A stretch of DNA of 64,000 bases. Origin: Octopus vulgaris (taxonomy: Eukaryota). The notes under the pieces are model-generated. The model saw only the letters and a program-made list of their open reading frames with translations. It was not told the DNA's origin and did not search any database. Both the position numbers and the translations under genes were made by a program. Below, in pieces: positions 26,391 through 38,564 of this stretch (the stretch's first letter is position 1; every line of letters starts with the position of its first letter). The stretch covers positions 145,266,001 to 145,330,000 of the forward strand of contig OX597817.1 in assembly GCA_951406725.2 (NCBI GenBank), written 5' to 3'.

Positions 26391-27675
26391 TAGTTTGTTT
26401 GGGAAATTTTAATGATTTTACCTTTTTCCCCCTTTTTTTTCTGTGAAAATATTTTGATTCAGACTTTATTCTTCTAAACCATTTCTGACTTTGTTCTTGA
26501 AATTGGCTTCTTGTTTGCTGTCTTACCAAATTGCTTTATCAGTTTCGCTGATCATTTGTAATCAATTTAGTTTTTGTTGTCTCATTATAATTAGTGCTAA
26601 ATTTTGTGGTTTCAGCAATTGTTTCTTGTTACTCTTTTTATTGGCTAATGTCTGTAGCATCTAAACCAACCACATTTGAGATATTATTCCTTTCTTTGTT
26701 CATTATCAGAACTTTTCTTCATCCATCAATGCAACTCTCCTTTTCATTTCTCCTACATTGCCACGTTTCTCTCTCTCCCCCAATAATGCTTTAAACAATA
26801 GCTCACCTTCTCCACCATTGCTTTCTTCCTTGCTTTATAGAATACACAGTTTTAATTATTTGTTGCATTAAGATATTTTCACTTCTATTAGTAAATTTAA
26901 AAGAAAATAAAAGGATAGCATTCATCTAAAAATTTCAATGTAAAACTTCTAAGTGATCAATTGCTCCATCTATCTAGTATGATACACCATAGCTGAAAGT
27001 ATGATACTGTTCTTTTGAAATCTCACACCACATATACACAGAGAAATATATAGAAAAATGTGGTTCTACGTATGTAAAAATAAAGATCATTTCAAATGGT
27101 TGTGTTAACTGATGAGACTGAAATTCTTAGATAGTTTTTTGAAAACAAAATACTCAAAGAATTAGTCTTGTCAAGTTGACAAAACCATTTCCTGTAGAAA
27201 TCATTTTCAAGTAAATTTCACAATAAATCTTTTCCATTTTTTCTTATTTATTTTTATGTGAATTGTTTTATTTATTTTTTGTTTTGTTTTAAATCTTGAT
27301 GTGGTCTTTCTACCATGAGTTCTTATAACCATTGTTATTAGTTTTTTTTTTTCACAACTTGGTTTTTTTGTATTTTTATTAGTTCACTTAGTTCATTCAT
27401 TATTGATCTACCTACTCTCCACTAACCATAAAACAAACAGGATTTTAAAAGGTGACACTGAAAATAGTATACACCCACAACAACCACTACTACAATATTA
27501 ACAACAAAAACAACAAAATATATGCAAATTACAGAGAAAAAAAGAACAAAAATGAATGAAAAAAGATGTAGTAATTTGTGTTGCCTAAAATCTTCCTGTT
27601 GGAGTAGCTTTTTCCAGTTGCTTGTCCTTATTTTTTTTTCTCTTTTATTATCTTCCCCGGTCTATTTTTCATCAG

Positions 27676-27783
27676 GCACCAACCCCGTTACTACTGAAGA
27701 CAGCAAACAAAACACTAATAATGACCAAAAGACTTCAGGTGCTAGCCCTACCCAACAAAACGGAGAAATTCAAACCTCAAAGG
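27676..27783 (+). CDS. MAGI: Candidate symmetric cassette exon of MAGI in the PDZ4-PDZ5 linker
   Basis: Long pyrimidine tract ending atcag. 108 nt, phase 1 to phase 1, open: (G)TNPVTTEDSKQNTNNDQKTSGASPTQQNGEIQTSK. Donor G|GTACAC is weak; an alternative in-frame donor lies at 27738/27739. Confidence 0.55.
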
Positions 27784-27970
27784 GTACACATTGTTTTTGA
27801 TTTTTTTTTTCCAGTTTTTTTTCTTCCTTTCAAATATAAAGTTCAGAATATTTTTAGGGATCACTAGTTGTCCCTCTAATAATAACAATAATGATAATAA
27901 CAACAGCATAACTTCTGGCTCTTTGGCTGTCTCCATTAGAATGATGCACAAACTACAAACACACTCTTGC

Positions 27971-28053
<83 letters not shown>

Positions 28054-28387
28054 ATATAATTCTCTTGTGGCTAAGCTAACGTCATATTGCAAACTAATTT
28101 TAAGATGATGGCAATGATGATGATGATGATGATGTAAAAAACTGACTTTCTTGGCATTAAAACAAAAGACTTTCGTCTTGCATGTGTCTTCGTTGCCAAA
28201 ATAACTTCTTGCTTCATTGGAATGTTTCAATTTGAACAATATTATTCTGTGTATGCAGACACATGCACTCACACACACACATACACTAACTCACTCACAT
28301 ATGCATACAAACTCTTTCTCAAACTTTCTGTGATACATATGCACACACACTAACTCATTGCCTCTCTCTTTCTTTCACACACACACA

Positions 28388-28445
<58 letters not shown>

Positions 28446-29089
28446 AACACTCCCCTTTACATTCACCCTTACATACTTAATTCTCCCACCCACACATAAG
28501 TACACAAAATTCATTTGCTTTCACACCCTCGTTCTTATTCCTTGCACAATCTTTTTTCTCATGCTCTCCCCCTCTCATACTTCCTCCCTCCCTCCCTCAC
28601 TCATTTTCATATGCACACACATTTGTGTATACACACACACTCACACACACACTAGTTCAATGTGAAATAAATTTGTCTATTTAAAGTATTTTATTCAGTC
28701 CTAGATGAGGGAAATTGGAAACTTCCTTCCATCATTACTCTTGATGAGCATTGATGGAGGAAGAATCAGTTTTTAATAAATACACTCCACTGTATGAATT
28801 GAGTACTTCTTCTTCTATTTGTAAATTTAAATAAGGGCATGGTTGTGATGTTAAAATCTTCAATTCACAACCATGTTGTTTCAAGTTTGGTCCTACAATG
28901 TGGCACCAAGGGCAAGTGTCTTGAGGAGACCAATGCCTCCTGAGTGAATTTGGTGGAGGAAACTGAAAGAAACCCAGCATATGTGTCTTTGACATTTGCT
29001 GTACACTCTTCTCTCTTTTCTTATGGGCGGGGTCCATGCATTGTAACAGTGCATTGCTACATCCATCATTTATTGGTGATTCCCTACAA

Positions 29090-29352
29090 CTCCCCTTCAG
29101 GGTTGGCGAAAGCGATGTGGTGGACAATGAAAAACCTGGCTGATGACAGTCAAGGCTGATCTGGAACCCAACCTAGGCCCCCATATCTATGATATTCGCC
29201 ACTGGAATAGGGAGTGGTTGGAGATCATGCGGTCGTTAGCCTCAAATTGCCAGGTCTGGTCTGCATTTGTGAGAGACGCAGCATTGAGGATGAATGAAAC
29301 CAGCTCAACCCACCCTAGGTGAATCCTGTCTCAAGATCAAGAAGATCAAGAA
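29090..29352 (+). mobile_element. RTE-like LINE 3' fragment with a (CAAGAT)-like tail
   Basis: The + frame reads GGQ*KTWLMTVKADLEPNLGPHIYDIRHWNREWLEIMRSLASNCQVWSAFVRD, then short tandem tcaaga repeats. Confidence 0.65.
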
Positions 29353-30084
29353 GATTCCCTACAACTCATGGCAGATGACACCTTTCCACCACTCAGGTAA
29401 CAACCCACCAACCCATGGGTCTGTTTAGGTAGTCATTACTGGTGAGGGTTTTACAAGGCTGGAGTACAAATCCTACCTCAACCTCTTTAAGTTACCTTTT
29501 ATGACATGTAGAGAAAGGGATCTATTCTTTGACATGTCAGCCCCCATACGGCACACTTATTCTAAACAAAGTTACCATTCATACAAAAATCGTTATTTGC
29601 CTGCAATCTTCTTTGATATCATATCTGGCAGTTGAGCTATTCATGTTTGAAGATCTATGAAGTATATTTCCTTGCTAGAAAATGGATGAGGGTTGGCCAC
29701 AAGAAGAGCATCAGGCAATAGAAAAACCTGCCTCAACAAGTTTGGCCTGTCCCATACAGACATGGGAAAGTGAACATTAAAATAATGATAATAGTACACA
29801 CACACTTTTTTTCCTTATTATGTATGATAGCAAAATATGATTGGTGTCTGAGAAGGTGCCACTCCATGAGTAAATTTATACAGATATTGTATAAATTATC
29901 ACATGTAGTCATTTATGAGTAATGAAGTTCAAAGTCGAATGGTACAGAAACTATTGTAACCAATATAAAACTTATGCTATATTGATATATTCATCTTCTT
30001 CCTTCTCTTACACACACACACACAGAGGAGCTCTGTGATGTAGCTTTCAGCTTCAGCTGAGAACAGTGTCATATATGTATATAG

Positions 30085-30440
30085 CTGTGTGGTGAAGAAG
30101 CTTGCTTCACAACCACATGGTTCTGGGTTCAGTCCCACTGTGTGACACTGTGGGCAAGTGTCTTCTACTATAGGCTCAGGTTGACCAAAGCCTTCTGAGT
30201 GGATTTGGTCGACAGAAACTGAAAGAAGGCCATTGTGTGTGTGTGTGTGCATTTGTCTTTGTGTCTGTGTTTGTCCCCCCCTTCACCATTTGAGAATCGG
30301 TGTTGGTTTGTTTACATCCTCATAACTTAGTGGTTCAGCAACAGACACCGATAGAAGTATCAGGCTTTAAAAAAAAAACAAAGAAAAATTTTCATGGCAG
30401 TGCCCCAGCATGGGCTAATGGCTGAAACAACTAAAAGATA
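30085..30440 (+). mobile_element. SINE family B
   Basis: Family consensus with the CORE-like domain and gctgaaacaa tail. Confidence 0.78.
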
Positions 30441-30449
30441 AAAATATAT

Positions 30450-30483
<34 letters not shown>

Positions 30484-31589
30484 GTATATATATAATATAT
30501 ATAATGCGCATATACATACACGCACTCACATGCATGTCAAAGTACTCGTTACTAACTTTTACATTGCTAAACTAATTAAAACTACAGGAATGTCATTTTT
30601 CAGAACATTTCATATTTGACTCTGAAGAAAACATATCTGTTATATGGTTTGGATATTCTAGTATTATAAAACACAAGTGATAAATTTAAACCATGATTCT
30701 CTGCTATTTATGAGTAGAATCGTGAAAATTCCTTTTAGCATGTATTTTGATATTTCGCTAACAACTCATTTTTCACATATGAGATGTTTGTTCATTTGCT
30801 ATGGAATCTTGGCTTCTCTTTTGTGATTATTGTTGTTTTGTTCTTGTTTTTTTTTGTTTTATTTTTGTAGCTTACTATTCCATTAGCATATTTTGTTTGT
30901 TTTGACATATTTCCTATGATATCACTGAAAAGTTGGTAAAATTTAAAAGTCCTTTAGTCAGCAGTTTCCTTAAATCATTTCTTTTTATAACCTTACTGTC
31001 CATTAATCTGTCACATTTATATGGAAAATTAATGAGAGAAATATACTATATACTAGCATATATAGATATATTGTATACTAAGCTTGTATAGATATAGGGC
31101 ATATTGCTATATATATATAGATATATATATATATAGCAAATGGAAGACAGAAGTTGGAATATACAAGAATTCATTGTTAATCATGACAATTCTTTTGACA
31201 CATCTAGCATCAATTCCTCTTGGGTGGGACACTCAACAACTGGTTCAGGAGCATCCGGTGGTGCAGATGTATCTCGTCGGGTGATAAATAAATACGACTC
31301 GTTAAAATGACTGTTCTGCAATGTAACTTTGCATTTTGTAGAAAGAAAAACAGCCTGACAGAGGAAATATCTTAATTTATATCGAAGATCAAAAATAAAA
31401 TCACAGATGACAAAAGGAGAAATGAACACGCAATCCAGCAAGAAAAGTATTAAAAATAACTGTTAACAGATATGGAATATATAAACACCCTCAAGCAAAC
31501 TGCATGGTGCAAATACACTTGCTCATACAAGCATCCGCAAAAATGTGAGCATACGCACACATGAGGTTGGATGCACTCATAATCACAAA

Positions 31590-31655
<66 letters not shown>

Positions 31656-31929
31656 CATATAGTTTCATGTTTAGTCCTACCACACTTTTGGCAACTGTTT
31701 CTTATTATATAGCTCTGAGTCAACCAAAGCCTTGAGTGAATTTGGTCGATGGAAACTGCTAGGAAGCTTTCCATGTGTGTGTGTATGCAGGTATGTTTTG
31801 GTTTGCTTACATTGTTGTGACCTAGTGGCTCATCAAAAAGAGAATGATGGAATGAGTAAAAAACTTCAAATATGTACAAGGGTTGACTTAATCAACTAAA
31901 CCTTTCAAATATATATATTCTTTTAGTCT

Positions 31930-32240
31930 ATTCTTTTTCTTGTTTCAAGTCATTGGATTGTGGTCATGCTGGAGCACTGCATTGGAAGGGTTTGATTGAT
32001 CAAACCAACTCCGGTACTTATTTTAAGTTTGCCATTTACTCCATCAGTCGTTTTGACAGGTTGCTAAGTTACAGCAACTTAAACAAACCAAGACAAACAC
32101 AAGCCTACACACACACACACACCTGGCAAGCTTCCACACAGTTTCCATCTACCAAATTCCCTCACAAGCCATTGGTCAACCCAGAGCTATAATAGAAGAC
32201 ACTTGCCCAAAGTGCCACATGATGGAACTGAACCTGAAAC
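31930..32240 (-). mobile_element. SINE family B, diverged
   Basis: catgctggagcac ... aatagaagacacttgcccaaagtgccac consensus. Confidence 0.7.
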
Positions 32241-32507
32241 CACAAGTTCTAAAGAAAACTTCTATTATTTGTTTGTTCCCATCTGTTTAATTTTCCAGCA
32301 AAGATCAATTATTGTATGTCTATATTCTGACATGAGTTATTACTGCAGTAATAGGATTTCACCAAACCACTAACAAGTCCAATGGCGGATGAAATGTTGT
32401 ATATGATTTATCTGTCAGCTTCATCTTTCTTGCTTTTATCTAAACTACATTGTAATTGATACAGTTTCTTCATTTCTACACACACACACATACATACACT
32501 TATATAT

Positions 32508-32835
32508 GCTCAGTGGTTAGAGCGTTGAGCTTACGATCGTGAGGTTGTGAGTTCGAATCCAGGACTGGGCTGCATGTTGTGTTCTTGAGCAAGCCACTTT
32601 ATTTCACATTGCTCCAGTTCACTCAGCCGTAGAAATGAGTTGCAATGTCACTGGCACCAAGCTGTATCAGCTCCTTTGCCATTCCCTTAGATAAAACTGC
32701 TGGCATGGAGAGGGGAGGCCGGTATGCATGGGCAACTGCTGGTCTTCCATAAACAAACAACCTTGCCTGGACTTGTGTCTGGGAGGGTAACTTTCTAGGT
32801 GCAATTCCATGGTCATTCATGACCAAATGGGGTCT
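32508..32835 (+). mobile_element. SINE family D: tRNA-derived head plus CORE-like body
   Basis: A box cagtggttagagcg, B box gagttcgaatcc, body gtgttcttgagcaag.cactttatttcac.ttgctccagt. Related copies at about 46875-47105 (+) and about 47425-47655 (-). Confidence 0.8.
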
Positions 32836-33131
32836 CAGCATATACACTCATATTTCTAGGGTGTGATTAACCTTGCTGACCTATGTTTTCACTCCTATCA
32901 CAAGGTGTGTATGTGAGAGGAGTATAAGCATACAGGCACAGTATTTTGGCAGTGAACAGATCGCAGTTTTGAGCAATGAAAATTTTTAGACTATTTCACA
33001 AATAAATGTTTAGTGAAGTTAATGGACTTTATGTGTTTCTGACTGGCTAACTTGTGTTTTCCACACAGCAATCACTTTAATTTCAGCACACAATCTCAGA
33101 TCAAAACACTTGCTATGCAAGTATATATCTG

Positions 33132-33169
<38 letters not shown>

Positions 33170-34784
33170 GGGTGCGATGGGTAAATTGTCGCCATTTTAT
33201 ATTCTTAATTTCATGCATGCATGCATGATGTTTGTTTTTGATTTTGTCACTACACAGTATAGTAGGGTCAGTTGGGCACTGTCTGTGAGAAAAACAACAC
33301 CATGACACAATTCACTCTGTCAGAAATTTGGAAACAACATACTGTACAAGACAGATGAAGTCAGTAATCCTGTAATTTCCAGTAAGGTTAATTGGTGATC
33401 CCATGTGATCCCTCGCCTGGTGATCCCTCACCAGGCAGAAGATTTGATCTGAGATTGTGCTGAAACTAAAATAATCACAGCATAAAAAAAACACATTAGC
33501 CATTTAAAAACACATCATAGCTGTTAACTTCACTTCAACATTTATTATTTGGTGTTATTGCATAAGTCTTTCATATATATAGATGAAAAACATTTCTAAC
33601 TCTGAAACTTATATATGCTGACCAACAAACTTGCCACAAACCAGATTCTACAGAACCACTTCAGTGACCAGGTTACAGTTGGTGTGAGGAAAATTTTGAC
33701 ATCAAATAAATGTTTAAGTGAAGTTAACAGCTTTATGTGTTTTGGGAGACTAAAATGTGTATTTCACGTCATAATTGTTTTAGTTAATAATCTTTCATCT
33801 ACAATTTTATTGTTCATCTTAAAATCCCCTTCAGCTGTGTCTTAACTTTAGTGAGTCAAGGTTTGTTTTCTTCTTGGAAAATTCTTCATTTTCTTTTCAA
33901 TTTCTAATACGATATTCTCTTTTAGACTTGTTTAAACTTCTAACAATTTGATTCTTTTGTGTGCAACCATCTCAACAATCAATGAACCAAGGAACCTTCT
34001 ATTATCATTCTTCTGTAAATCTCTCATCACCCTCACCTCTCCATTTCCAAAGAATTGGTGTTCTTTTAATGTTTGTCATTAGTAGTACTAAATGATTTTC
34101 ATTAATAACCTCTTGCCTTTCATCATTTCTTAACATTGGAAATATGGTTAATTCTCAAATTATACATCAAATATTTTCTACCATTTCCAGAAAAGTGATA
34201 TGTCTAATAAACCAGTTTGTTTTATTTTATGTAAGAAAACTTGATACGTTATTAGCCTCATGGCTTCTCTGCCTTGCAGGTTGCTTCTCAAAGACTTACT
34301 TACGCTGAAATTATAAACTAGTCTACTGCATGTTTCTTTAAACTCGTTTGCATGCTTGAACAAGATTTGATTTTAGTTACAAGATTGTTTACAGGATCTT
34401 CATCTATGATGTCTCATGGGATTCCCCGTACCATTCAACACTGCATATTGGTTTACATGTATTATTAACCCTGTCACTAATTTGCTGTACTCTGCGAGCA
34501 AAGACAATATCATAGTTGCTAGGATACGAAGCTCTGAAATGAAACTTGATAATAATTGCTACTTCTTAGTTAAAAGCTACCTACAACTGAACAAATAACA
34601 CGTTTCCTCTCTAGAATAGAGACTAAGTCAATAGATAAAGGCTAATGAATAAATATATAAAAAATGGGGTGACAAATGTATAAAAAAAATTTTTGCATTA
34701 TTTTTGTTTTTTAAATGTAAAGAAACCTGTTCACTCAATAATCTAATTTTAACCCCTTTTCCAAAGGCCAAATATTTATAATAT

Positions 34785-35140
34785 AATAATAATAATAATA
34801 ATAATAATGAAATTATTGTATACAGTGCTCAGGTGCACCACAACTTGTCAAAAAGTGCGATTAAAGTGTATGCGATAATGTACAAATGTCTGGGAAGTGA
34901 ACAGTGTATGAGTCAAATCCATGCTTGCGTGTGTATGGAGGGGAGAAAATTAGGTGTAGTGTTGGTGAATCTCGGAAGCATGGAAGTTTTGAAGGACGCA
35001 GTGCTCCGACAACTAACAACTGATGCCGGCAGTTTGTTCCATGCTTCAGCAACTCTTAGCATGAAAAAATGTTTCCGAAAGTCATGGGAGCTGTGCTGTT
35101 TTCTGCCTTTGTAAACATGTCCACAGGTGTTAGACAGATC
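34785..35140 (-). mobile_element. CR1-clade LINE 3' fragment with an (ATT)n tail
   Basis: The minus frame reads NTCGHVYKGRKQHSSHDFRKHFFMLRVAEAWNKLPASVVSCRSTASFK, the CR1 C-terminal RKxFF..RV..WN.LP motif. Confidence 0.85.
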
Positions 35141-36361
35141 TCTTTGACAAGAGATTTCATGAAAAGAAGTCTATGCTTTTAACTGACTTCAACCAGTAAA
35201 TGCAACTGTTGCAACATTAGCTGTAGTTCACTAGCTATTATTGGTTGAAAATGTCTTTTCCTATTTTTATATTGTTCTCCTTTTTCATCATTTATACATT
35301 TCAACCACCTCGTATATTTTTATTTATCTGTTTAGCTCTCAATAAATTTATGAATCTGACCATCAGCTGGATGTACAGTGACTTAACAAAAACTAATGAT
35401 TAAGCATTATTTCCATTTATTTAATCAAATATGTATCAAAATATATCTGAATAGATTTTTTTTACTTTTTTAATCAGGAAAATTTTAAATTAGCCTAATG
35501 CAATTATTGACAGTATCAATAACATTGCATAATTTGAACTTCACTTAATCTAAGAACATTTAACATTAAACGTGCATGTGTTTATAAAGACTAAAAAAGC
35601 ATTAGACTCATAAAATATTCCTCGTTTTATGTTGAAAAAAATGTCTTACCTGCAATTAGAGAAGAAATATGACTAAATTGCTTCTTTTACAAAATCTTTA
35701 TATACACATACACACACACACATAGGCACAGGTATGGCTTTATGGATGAGAAGTTTACTTCTCAATCACATGGTTTTGGGCTCAGTCCCATTGTATGGCA
35801 CCTTGACCCATTCAAAAGCTTGTGAGTGGATTGGGTTGACTGAAACCAAAATGATCCCATTGTATGTATTTGTCACAACCTAAGTCTTACTTTTTGTACT
35901 TTGTTGGTTATAAATACACTTCAGTAATTAGTTAGCTAGACTATTGATTGGAATATCTATGTAGCATGCATTTTGTATTTCTCTCTCTTGCTTAATTTCA
36001 AATACTCATATACATATAAATGTATGTATATGCTGGAGCATGTTGATATAATCATCAAATTGTATTTTGCCTAATTAATCAAATAGTATTTTATTAAATA
36101 TTTCCACTTCTCCTTCGCCCAACATCTAATGAACTCTCTTATTCTATTTTGTCAAATAGTCTCTGTTTTCTGTTATATACTCACTGTTTATATCAATCTG
36201 TATATGTTCTTTTCTTTCTTTTCTCAACTTTGTTCTGAGTAAAACTTGAGATTAATTAGTATTTACTAGATAATATTCACTGTATTTCAGTAAATATTCT
36301 CTATTAACAATATCTTTTGTTTAAAAAAAAATTCCCTTCATTTTGTTTTCCCTCGTTACAG

Positions 36362-36396
36362 ATGATGCTTCCAGTACAACATCCACATCACAGCGG
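36362..36396 (+). CDS. MAGI: MAGI 35-nt linker microexon
   Basis: ttttgttttccctcgttacag acceptor. Encodes (D)DASSTTSTSQR. Donor CGG|GTATGT. Converts phase 1 to phase 0, as the downstream exons require. Confidence 0.82.
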
Positions 36397-37262
36397 GTAT
36401 GTTAAATTCAATACTTCTCCATTCCCCACTCTCACCCTCTCCCTTTTTTCTAAAATTCTGGTACTACTTAAAATACCTGTCAAGAATTATGATAAAACAC
36501 ACAGGCCAAAACCTCTTTCTACTCATTGGTGGAAGTTTCTATGGAGTTGAAAAGAGATGCAATGAATTATTGTGAAACAAGATAATGATTTGAGCAAATC
36601 AAGGATAACAATGGCCAAAACAGTTTAATGCCTTGTTCTTCTAATCCTGCAGAAATAAATTCTTCTCAGTTTTATATACTCATTGATTACTCCTTACATG
36701 GGTATAAGGACAGAAAGTTATAAGAGGAATTTAAGAAGTATAATTGATTCCTAGGATATTACTGGTATTATTTTATTAACATTAAAATAATAAAAACTCA
36801 AGTTAACTTCAGTGAAATTTGAACTCAGAACGTAAAGTGTTGTAGCTGAATACTAAAGTCTGCTCCCACTCCATATCACATTTCTTTATTCTATCATTAA
36901 GTATATTGTTGATAAAATATACATGCTATTGTTCTGTTCTTTGTAAATATCTTTATTAGTTCTAAGTTAATAGATCTGACGAAATGAGATTTTAAAGTCT
37001 CTTTTCAAAGAAAACTTCCAAAGTAAATTTTTTTGTTCTCCTCTCAGTTATCTTAGGAAGTCATAAATATCATAGTACCATTTTCAAAGACTTTTTTGCC
37101 AATTTATTTTTGTTCTTGTTAAACTTTGGCACTAATTTAAGATGTGTTTTGTAATCTTTTACCAAACAAATTACTTTTTCTCTGCCTTTCTCTTGAGATG
37201 TTTTCTTTCCACAAATCACTCATGGACCAATATCTAATTATTTATTTATTTTGTTATTTTAG

Positions 37263-37369
37263 AGTTCTGCTGGTTCAATGATAAATGCAATGGCATATCC
37301 TGCAATCAGTGAGAGTGACATCTCACACAGATCTGACCATTCTCCTTACCATCAACCAACAAATGAACG
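37263..37369 (+). CDS. MAGI: MAGI linker exon
   Basis: ttgttattttag acceptor. Encodes SSAGSMINAMAYPAISESDISHRSDHSPYHQPTNE(R). Donor CG|GTAAGT, phase 0 to phase 2. Confidence 0.85.
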
Positions 37370-37480
37370 GTAAGTTAGCAATTCCCTGTATTATTTCTGT
37401 GTCTCTGTAATTTCCTGTCAATAATTCAAAGTTCATTTATATATCACTAATAAAATCATCATCATTATAAACGATAATGA

Positions 37481-37660
37481 AAACATCCGCTTTCCATGCT
37501 AGCATGGGTTGAACGATTTGACTGAGGACTGGCAAACCAGATGGCTGCACCAGGCTCCAATTTGATCTGGCAGTGTTTCTACAGTTGGATGCTCTTCCTA
37601 ACACCAACCACTCTGAGAGTGTAGAGGGCCAGTCATGCGGTACTGGCAACGGTCACGCTC
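37481..37660 (-). mobile_element. Repeat family C
   Basis: Family consensus. Confidence 0.8.
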
Positions 37661-37713
37661 ATATGATAGATTTATATATGAGCATTACTATAATTACCAA
37701 GAGATGTTACATA

Positions 37714-37876
37714 CTGTATTTTAACCTGTATAAGGAGCCCCTTAATTTTGGAGGCTTAAAATTTGGAAAAAAAGGTTTTGTAAGGGATTATAATACTATC
37801 CATGTATAAGAAACTCCCATATTTTTTTAACCTAATTTTTGACAAAAAAGGGTTCCTTATACATGCTAAAATACAG
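37714..37876. mobile_element. pogo/Tigger-like (Tc1-mariner superfamily) MITE
   Basis: TA on both sides. TIRs ctgtattttaacctgtataaggagccc / gggttccttatacatgctaaaatacag. Confidence 0.75.
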
Positions 37877-38257
37877 TAGATGTGTGTGCTTTTTTTAAAC
37901 CTTCGTCAATTTAAAGGTTTGTTTTCTTAGATTACAAGGAATTATTCTATCAATAAATGTCAGTGATCATAATAAGAAAGTGAAAGAAATATTAAGGGAG
38001 AGAGAGAGATGATTAATTAGTAGATTGCCCTGAGTTCATCTACATCACAAGAAGATAAAAATAAAGATAAAGATGGAAACGGAGAGATAGAAATACAAAG
38101 ATGAGTGAACAGAGAAATGAACAGGAGATGAGGAGAATAGCCAGAAAAAAATGAAAAGAGAAAGTTGAGAGAAAATGATTGAGAGAAAGATTGAGATGGT
38201 ATGGGAAAGATAGAAAGAGTTAAGACAAAAACGACAAATGTGAAGATGGTAAGCTCC

Positions 38258-38452
38258 TCTGTGCCGGTGGCACGTAAAAAGCACCCACTACACTCATGGA
38301 GTGGTTGGCATTAGGAAGGGCATCCAGTGTAGAAACACTGTCAGATCAGACTGGAGCCTGGTGCAGCCTCCTGGCTTCCCAAACCCCGGTAGAACCGTCC
38401 AACCCATGCTAGCATGGAAAACGGACGTTAAACAATGATGATGATGATGACA
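38258..38452 (+). mobile_element. Repeat family C
   Basis: Family consensus ending in (GAT)n. Confidence 0.82.
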
Positions 38453-38494
38453 ATACAACAATTTTGAAATCTTCCATTGTTTAATTTTCTCCAG

Positions 38495-38564
38495 GTACAG
38501 CACAACACAACATGCTGAGCGTCCAAAAGATATGAGCAGACCACCTCGAATTCAAAATCACCAA
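38495..38564 (+). CDS. MAGI: MAGI linker exon
   Basis: ttttctccag acceptor. Encodes (R)YSTTQHAERPKDMSRPPRIQNHQ. Donor CAA|GTAAGT, phase 2 to phase 0. Confidence 0.85.

Noticed and set aside
27105-27132. CTGATGA-gact-GAAA hammerhead core match
   Set aside because: There is no stem II or stem III, and stem I is weak; it is likely chance.
32508-32575. tRNA-like sequence with A and B boxes
   Set aside because: There is no pairing acceptor stem, and it runs straight into a multi-copy SINE body; it is a SINE head.
33850-34600. Possible very old coding or transposon remnant on the minus strand
   Set aside because: No recognisable motif could be read with confidence.
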